DNA from: Azolla caroliniana
Taxonomy: Eukaryota > Plantae > Polypodiophyta
Assembly (NCBI GenBank): GCA_043228905.1
Contig: JBHGNT010000013.1
Coordinates: 15,500,001 to 15,564,000, forward strand
Length of the DNA: 64,000 nt
Direction: 5' to 3'
The notes beneath the pieces were generated by a model. The model did not search any database. It was given only the letters and a program-made list of their open reading frames with translations, and had not been told where the DNA came from. A program made the translations under genes and the position numbers. Below, piece by piece: positions 55,681 through 64,000 of this stretch (position 1 is its first letter; each line of letters begins with the position of its first letter).

Positions 55681-58600
55681 AATCAATGCCAACGCACGTG
55701 AATCTTCTCATTCTTCCCTTCCTTCCTCCCCCTTTCCACGTGTCCAAACCTCATATAGGACGAGACATGCCGGCCGAGCCTCCCGCCTCCACGTGTCGCA
55801 ATCTCACAGGATGAGACGTGCTCGACAGTCCTCGCACGTGGCGAAGGAGAGCGAACATGCTTTGTTTGGATGATGGCGCTCCCGCAAGCCGGCGGCGGTT
55901 CACTGAAGGAAGTGATACACATCTCATGTGTGTGCGCATGTGTTCAGGAAGTCGACACGTGCAAACGGGGGGGGGGGGGATTGGGGGGCTCGATTGATCA
56001 CATTCCGTAGTCTGAATCTCATGTATCATCATTCCCTTCCATGAGAGATGAATGAGTTTCCCTTTTTTCTCTCCAGAGGTAAGGTGAATATAAAGCTTGT
56101 ATGTACATCTTGAAAATTTTGAGGGTCGCACGATGCTTCATTAGAAAGTTCACCAACAGATTCCCGTTAGTAATGAGCTATCAGGTGCCTTAGTCAGGAC
56201 GATTGCATACGAAACTTTACAGGATCTTGACGGCCCCACGAATCCGTCTACAACACACATCCCCTCTCCTTTTCACATGAGAAGGAACCCAGGACCTGGG
56301 CTCGTGCTCGTGCTCGTGCACTCAACAACTCGATGTGCTTGTTTGTCATGATTTTGAATATTCCTAAGAGTTATATCCCCCTTTCTAGAGTTTGTTGACA
56401 ACATATGTTATTGTTCATTGTAAGGTTATAGAACATTTTTTGTGTCACATGTGCAATTTTTTTCTCTAGTCCTTGTTCATGTCTTTGCATGGTGGTTTGA
56501 TGACATTTGTGAATGTCTCGCAACAAACAATTATCAAGGACGGTTGTGAATCCAAGATTTGAAATGTCAAACCCCATAAAAAAATGTATGGGTGGTTTGC
56601 TTAAATAATCAATTGATCCCATCCATTTTTACTTTCATTATATTGATCCCAATACCTAGTCGGAAACATTTAATTTGATAATGCATGATTACTTATGTAT
56701 TGATAATATAATATATCACGTGATGAATATGTTGCATGTCACATGTGATGTGAATATTACACGACAATCCTAATTGTAATCGCCACACACCATGTACCAA
56801 GAAACACAACTCGAATAATAGTCTACAAGCCTCATGCATAAAAAAATAAGTGTGACTCTATTACATTCTATTGAATTCATTTGAAATAACAAAATAACTA
56901 TAAATTGGATTTTAATTGGAGTTGTATTGTGGTGTCCCTTTTATGTGCATTTCACAGTATGTATATCTCATTACATCATGCAAAATACATTCAAAATAAC
57001 ACAATTATTAGAAATAGAATACCATTAAAATTGTGTGTGTGTGTGTCTCTCCAAGCTACGGTCATTAACCATACACTTTATTAAGTAAGCCCATGTTTTT
57101 CTTGACAATGCGATTGTGGTAACTCTTGCCAACCGTGGCTACTTTAATCATCAATTGGGTTTAATTGTATTAGCATCAATACAATAGATGTAGTAATGGT
57201 AAGCCATGTTTTTACTATGCAATTGGGTTAAGTGTCACCAATCTTGTTACTTTAGTCATGCGCTTGGTAAGTATCACTAACCTAATTACTTTAACCATGC
57301 ACTTGTTTTAAGTTTCAGTAACACCAATACTCTACTGGATTTAACTCTTGATATACCATTACTTTATTGGGTTGCTTTAACGATACCATTTACAATATGT
57401 ATAGTAAGGTAAGTTGTGTTTTTATTAATCATGCACTTGTGATTTGAACCAACAAAATTAACAACCTATAAGCCAATGCAAATATAAGGATTGAATGCAT
57501 GACTTGTTGGCATATGTTTCACAATCTCACCAATGGAGGTATAGTGAGGATGATAGATCAACATCCAAGCTTCAAGCCACCTATGCCTTAGAGGACGAGA
57601 CTAGGGATCACATTTATGCACAAACCCAAACAAACATTGGGGGGAATGGGGGGAGGGAAGGATATTAAGCTAAAGAGACATGTGACCAAAATTTCCTTTA
57701 TGTACTAATAATAGATTAACCACATACCAATTTTCAATTCCTCATATATAAGGTTGTACAAGCTTTCAAGAACTCCTAATGAGGACAGAACAGTCAACGA
57801 TGACATTTGGCATGCTCTTTGCTTTGATCATCTATTTTAATAAATGATAGACTCATCGAAGGTCAAAGTAGTCTATTGTGAAACCACCTCACACTAGTTT
57901 TCCATTTGAACTATCATATTTTCTTTTGTATGAGTAGTCTCCAAGCAATAGAGCAACAATCTTAATTGTGGTGCAATTGACGCATTTCTCCTTTTTGTCT
58001 TACACATGAAACTTCCATAGGTGTTTTTACAATGATGGCCTCTTGAGGCAATCTCCACGTAATTGAGAAGAAAGTATAGCAAATATTGGATGCATGAATA
58101 CATATGTTTCATGCATTGTGATGCACAATTTGACAAATCCACTCTTCACTCTATCATTTTTTAAACAATGGAAGTTAGGTATGAATGTGCTCATCCGTAA
58201 TAAGATCAAATTTGTTCAAAAGGTGATGACAATAGACCTAAAAAAAACATAGCCAACACCATGTACAAAGATATGGCTCATAACAGTGATTCATCTGGCT
58301 CACTCCAAACACTCTAGGATACACGATCTTCACATAGAAAATACGATGGCTACATTAAAGGGCCCAAAATGTCATTGGCCAAAATTGAGAAATATTCCTC
58401 ACAATGCACTACTAAGAATATTGTTGTAATGGGTTGTAATGGACAATGTTGAATACAAGGAGTCTTGCTTTGACTGACTTTAGGACCATGCTTTGATAGT
58501 CGGTGAGAGCATATTCCAAAATAGTTAGCATTATTGATTTACAACCCCATAATAACAAAACTTTCCAATGGGGTGGTGTTTTGGATTTAGTCTTAGATCC

Positions 58601-59299
58601 TTTCTTATGCTTAGATGCTCCAAACATTGGTCTTAGCCCTTTGTGTATAAGATTGATTGCTCATGTTCTCTATAAAGCTTTAGGACTCGGTACTCAAACT
58701 TCCTCTCTATATATGATGACTTAGTTTCTCCCTTATTTTCCCAAGCATATTTCTTGCTTTTTGTGAGGGACGATGAAGCAAAGATTCACATGTACTTTGA
58801 GAGGGACTAACAAGTATGGGTGCTTGTTATGCACACATAACGTAGGTGAGGGTGGGTCACTAATATTTATATAAATGAAGCTCGGTATGTTCACTAATGT
58901 TAGAAATGGACTAATGTGCTTGGATAGAATGAATGATAGGTGCACTACCATGATCTTCACAATCAATGAATGGAGAGTCTTTTAGAAAAGCACATCCATT
59001 CAAGGGGCCTAGCAAAAGGTATAAATATGAGGTCTAGCTACCCTCATAAAACACATTACGTTGTCGTGGGGAATTCTGGCTATGGGAAGAAGGGGAGCCG
59101 GAGAGTGCAGGAACGGGGGTGTGAATGGATGCACACAAAGCTTGTCTCTATGTACAATATGTGTAAATAACATAGGACTGGTAAGTACTAGGGGATAGGG
59201 TTTTGATGGGTACTTTAATGACCCACACGTATAGAGAAGAATAAGAGTGATTGATAAGAGGAAATCGAGGAGATGATCAAGGATAGAAAGTGGTTGTAG

Positions 59300-59646
59300 T
59301 AAAAGCTTGATGTAATAGTCTTCCTCTCTCCTTGCGCTATAAAAGGACGGGGAGAAGACTAAGAAAAGTATCCTCGCTTTAGGAGAACGAAGTGTTGCCG
59401 GACCGAGCTATGCAAACTTCCGTTTCTCTCTTTCTCAGTTTCAATTTCTAGTTGTGCTGCAAGGCCTCCATTTCACACGGGTAGCCCGTGTGCTCTTGAT
59501 CGGAGGCTTGCTGTCGTCTATGTGGGTGAGTGTGCGTGGAGCTCAAAGCTCTTTATACCGGCTGCGACCGGCCATAACATACATGGTTTCTTTGTTAATC
59601 TATGGTTTGTTGTGTTTATTCTTGTATAACCGGGTCATTTGAAACA
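59300..59646 (+). other. Possible solo-LTR 3' part
   Basis: GCTATAAAAGG box near 59336, locally higher GC, and an end at ...TTGAAACA. No TSD or partner LTR was identified. Confidence 0.25.
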
Positions 59647-60388
59647 GGTAATATGTCGTATTCTCTTTTGGCATAGTTGGCTAGATGTAGAAAAGTACCC
59701 TATTTTAGCCTGATATCGAAAATATACGATGCATGCGTACCCCTTTTGCGACTTGATGGTTAAATATAGAACAAAAAAAACCTAGCAATTACTAAATTGT
59801 ATATGTGTCCACATTCGTGTCAATTTGCATATCATGGAGCACAATTGAAGACTTGGTTCAATATAAAGTTCTAAAATTGGTATCCATATTCAAATTGTAG
59901 AGTAAAACTACATAAACCGTAATTATAAATATGTGGTTTTGGGTTTAGGAATAAAGTAGTACCCCACTTGTTGGACGGGTATATCGATAGTTTCATTGTA
60001 TAATGTCATATAGTTCATGACAATGTAATTGGTAAGAGTAACAATTACGTACGACATTCATTTATACTATGTGGAACTAGTAGACTTGAACCGTAGGTAA
60101 CTAAAAACCTCTTATTATCAAAAACATTCGCCTTTTCATATACAGTCATGCTAACGGAAATGAGAAATTACGATATCATGTTAATATCTCAAACTGAAGA
60201 AGAGCATGGTGACCAATTATATGTAAATACAAACTACGGTTCCAATAATGATTAAAAAGGGAAATTATGAACAGGTGAATTTAATTAAACGATAAACAAT
60301 TACAGATGTTCTCATATACAAATATAATATGAAGTGATGGTGAACATTATGCCTCAAAATCCTCAATTTTTACATTACGCCATCTACA

Positions 60389-61472
60389 TCAATCTATAAG
60401 CAAATCAGGCAGAGCAGGCTCCTCTGGCGCTGATTGTTCTAGACTGTTTTCATTCATGTCATCTCCAAGCTCTCCCGAATCTGATGTATGGTCAAACTGT
60501 GCTACATCTTCCAGGTCCACCAGCTCCCCTGCTTCTTCATCAATTGGTTCCATTGGTTCTCGTGAAGTCATCTGGAACATCTCTGTCTCGTTGATGTGTT
60601 TTGCTCCGACTTCTTGATCCTGATCTGGACAATCCCAGATTCCTGTGATCCTCATTTTGATGAAGTTAACTTGAGCAGGGTCCTTCTCCAATGCAACACA
60701 GTTTCTAAACATCTTCAATGCACAAGCTGTCGTTGTACCTAATGGTTGCATGAACACAAACAAGTATATATAAGAAGTAACGTCTTAAACTTGATCGACA
60801 AGATTGAAATTAAATATATATATATTATACCTATGCCAGAGAACAAGTCTAGGACCCAATCATCTGGATTCGAGAAGAGCTCTATGAGGCGGTTGATCAA
60901 TCTTTGAGGTTTTTGATAAGGGTTCACCATACTTTTATCCCCTGACACATGTCTTAATTTTTTGGTTACAGCTGGGCACATGATGTAGTTAACCACGTTA
61001 TGCTCATTGACATGTGCTCTAGCCTTCTTCTTTGTAATTGAATCATAGTAGCCCACACAAAAATGTTCGACCGCACTAACCATTCGATCGCCAGGGCTAC
61101 GTGTAATATTTGTTTTGATCCTATAGAGAAAGAAAATCAAGTATTAGAGGTGTAAATGTGTACATATAATAAGAAGTACTGTAATGAGTAAAAGCGAACT
61201 ATAACGCACCAATGCATGTGTTCAGTGGCATGACAACGGGACTTCAAAGCTGTTGTGACTGACAGTGATTGCCCCATGCTATGAAATATGACTATCCTCC
61301 ACAAGGGGGCCAATGTCAGTTCTGCGAAATCCTTTACCATTTTCTCGATCTGAGGGTACTTGAAAGGCACATCATCATATGTTGATCCCGCAATACGGAA
61401 ACCATATGGTATGTCAGCTATCAGCAAAGTGTAGTGAACACGTTCACGTTCACAAGTGGAAGGATCGCGCAT
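60389..61472 (-). CDS. Beta-class amino (N6-adenine/N4-cytosine) DNA methyltransferase-like gene with two spliceosomal introns; exons 61472-61210, 61120-60831, 60738-60389 (about 300 aa if ATG 61472 is used)
   Basis: Motif IV LLIADIPYG precedes HW|IKTN and VSAVEHF, then NPYQKPQRLINRLIELFSNPDDWVLDLFSGIG|TTTACALKMFRNCVALEKD (motifs X-I-II). The 89-bp and 92-bp GT-AG introns restore the frame exactly at the Trp and Gly codons. No stops or frameshifts. The N-terminus is uncertain. Confidence 0.85.
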
Positions 61473-61794
61473 AAATGGAAGGAGAAGGGAAATTTTAGGG
61501 GTTTTTCAATGATTTTACAAAACACATTGATACCAGTATCATACAAGTTCAAACATACTATGAAAAAGGTTAAAAATCCACTATTTTCGTGATTTAGAAG
61601 TAACTAAAAAAAGACGAATTTCAAAAACATACATTCTCAATTTATATCACAAACTTTACAACCAATGTTATTTTATAAGAAACGATTTTTGGGAAATCAT
61701 AAGAATTCAAAACACATGATTTTATATTACTCGATTTGTTACAAGCGGAATGTAGTTACACTTAATAGCCAAATATACATTCATGATCACTCCT

Positions 61795-64000
61795 TTACGG
61801 AGAATCACTACTATAACTAATATACAATGACGATTCCTCCTCATCATCCTCGGATATACCAATCAGTGCATTATCTTCGTCATAAACCAAATGGTTTGAC
61901 TCTAGATTATATGTAGCAGATCTCGTTTGCCTTTGACTCGAGCCACCTTGTAGACCTGGTAATTTTTCTTTTATTATATCTATTGTTGACTTCCTTAATC
62001 GTCCGGCTTTTGTAAGTGTGAAGTCGTACACGATGATATCCACATCAGAGATATCAAGGGTCGAGGTGTTACGAATGTTTCGCTTCCTCTTCCTACCTCC
62101 CCTTCTTGTTTGGCATTCAATCATCTCCAATGTATACTTACCTGTAAAAGCATTTGCACTTCTAGTGTTGTACCAATGAACATTTATAGACTTGATCGTG
62201 CTATCTATTTCATGCATTAGCACTTCTAGAATTTTACCAACCCAAAATTGGTGGCCATGTGAGTTCTCATCAGCCGGCGTTGCAATCAACATCCCCGCGG
62301 TGAGCTCTTGCAAATTTCCTTGCCATCTAGCTTCGGCTGCTTTGGTCATCCTTGGTCCCACATAAATGTCTCTTTGTTGTGGATGGACCAAGCTGTCATT
62401 AATCGCATTTACTAGTCGCTCCGGACTTCTATTTACGCGATCATGTTGCAGCGACCATGTGAATGGCGTTTCCAAATTCCAATTATCAACAGATACACAA
62501 TTGTCTATAATTTCTTTCTGATCACTATAAAATACATCCCACCATGACGTGTCTTGTTGTGCGGCATATTTCTTGGCGGCCTCAATATGTTTTCTTTTTT
62601 CTTCTAAGGCTTGGAGCCATGACCGTTTTTGTTCTAATACCAAGTCGCTCTGCAACTGTCCTTTCTTCTCAATTGGCATTTGCTTAGCTCCATGGACAAT
62701 TGTACTCGGCATACAAAGTAATAACTGGCAACCACCTTCAGGTTCCCATGTTGTAGAAGATGAATATTGTTTAGCATACAAAAGTGTAGAACCACTTATT
62801 CCATTTTTCTTTATCAAAAAAATGTGATTGAAACTTATATTGTTTAACTGAGCAAGCACTTTAACATTCCCACCACCCCCATCTAATATATATCTCTTAA
62901 AGTCATATACCTCCTTCAAGTGTAACACTTTTGGGCGTGGTGTATATGCATCACAAATGACATCAAATAGTTTAGGTAAAGTGAAAGCATCATGCCGAGA
63001 CAACTGTCTGGAGAATGTGCTAAACATCTGATCTATATGGTCATGTGTGTGGCCAACCAAAAGGAAATTGACTTTCACTTTCCTAAACAATTCTAGGTTG
63101 ACCAACATACTTAGATAGCCAAATACAGTTGAATTTTTGTTCTCTCTAGCAGTATTGTCCAATTGAATGTATAGAACAGGGGGGAAAGGTTGTCCCCAAG
63201 ACATCAAAACTCGGTGAATCACTGTAACTGTTAGGTTAGGGTCATTGTGAACATTGGGGTAAGTAATGAAGACGTGAGGTCGAACAGACCTATTATAAGC
63301 CAAGCATCCCACCAAGTGCATTTGAACAAGGCACTCATCATTGACATCTTTGGGGAGCCTCCGCATATGCGGCAAGCATGTCTTCTTCTGGTCCATGCCA
63401 TCTATCATTAAGCACATGTATTGTTCAGGCCTCTTCAAACACTTCTCTCTATGATGCATCGCCTTCCTTCGTTCTAAGGATTGTGCCTCACGATGCTCTT
63501 GTAGTAACTTCTTACTCGTATCCTTTTCCATTGATGTCTTTGCACCTTTAGCCAAACTTTTAAGATTTGCACAAATGGAGCAATAACCCATACGTACTTT
63601 ACGAGGAATAATAACATTTGAAAACCGAGCTCTCCATAATCTTGTGAATTGGCTATAGGTGATAGACTTATTACGTGAGCCCAGCATTTCAGATCGATAG
63701 ACATCATAAACTTCCCGACGGGTATAATTATCAGAAAGATGCATCCTACCTGTAGTGGGCATTACTTCACAATTTAACTGAAAGTAAGTTTTCATCCAGC
63801 CAATAGCTAGTCTTCCAATTGCACCTTTCATACTTGGAACCTCTTTACAATTGAGCATCTGATCCCCGCTAAGTAGACGTTGTTGTACTCTATGTAGCCG
63901 CATGTTACTAACACATAACACAAATTTGAATGCAACTCTACATATCTGTTGCGCATGGAAGATATAATACTCGAATGATACTTTGATCCCCGTACATTTG
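61795..64000 (-). mobile_element. Intact DDD/E transposase ORF, Sola-like (DUF7869-type), open to the right window edge
   Basis: ICRVAFKFVLCVSNMRL, FTRLWR, CSIC, MIDGMDQ, IQLDNTARENKN and FLLVGHTHDHIDQMFS. More than 730 codons without a stop. The superfamily call comes from recalled motifs, not from a search. Confidence 0.8.

Noticed and set aside
57500-59200. Possible decayed transposon coding sequence
   Set aside because: No diagnostic motif could be read, so no family can be supported.
60389-61472. Bacterial contamination as the source of the methyltransferase
   Set aside because: Two frame-restoring spliceosomal introns and AT-rich flanks contiguous with plant genes argue against it.

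Overview
Eukaryotic land-plant nuclear DNA with GT-AG introns. It is probably from a fern or another non-seed vascular plant, inferred from the DYW:WW-type PPR gene. From left to right: (1) a nested LTR-retrotransposon cluster at 1-7.2 kb, with a Ty3/gypsy remnant whose reading frame holds two retropepsin domains and two Ty1/copia remnants; (2) a SAP-domain THO1/MOS11-like mRNA export gene; (3) a very long R2R3-MYB gene preceded by a compound microsatellite; (4) a GT14 glucuronosyltransferase-like gene; (5) two tandem PLS-class PPR paralogs, one with a DYW:WW deaminase flanked by hAT-type MITEs and one whose DYW domain has decayed; (6) a plastid PHT4/ANTR anion transporter. The most striking feature is at the right end. 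A spliced, bacterial-type beta-class amino (N6A/N4C) DNA methyltransferase gene lies 322 bp downstream of, and co-oriented with, an intact Sola-like DDD transposase ORF that runs off the window. Exon boundaries and translations were read by hand and no database searches were run.
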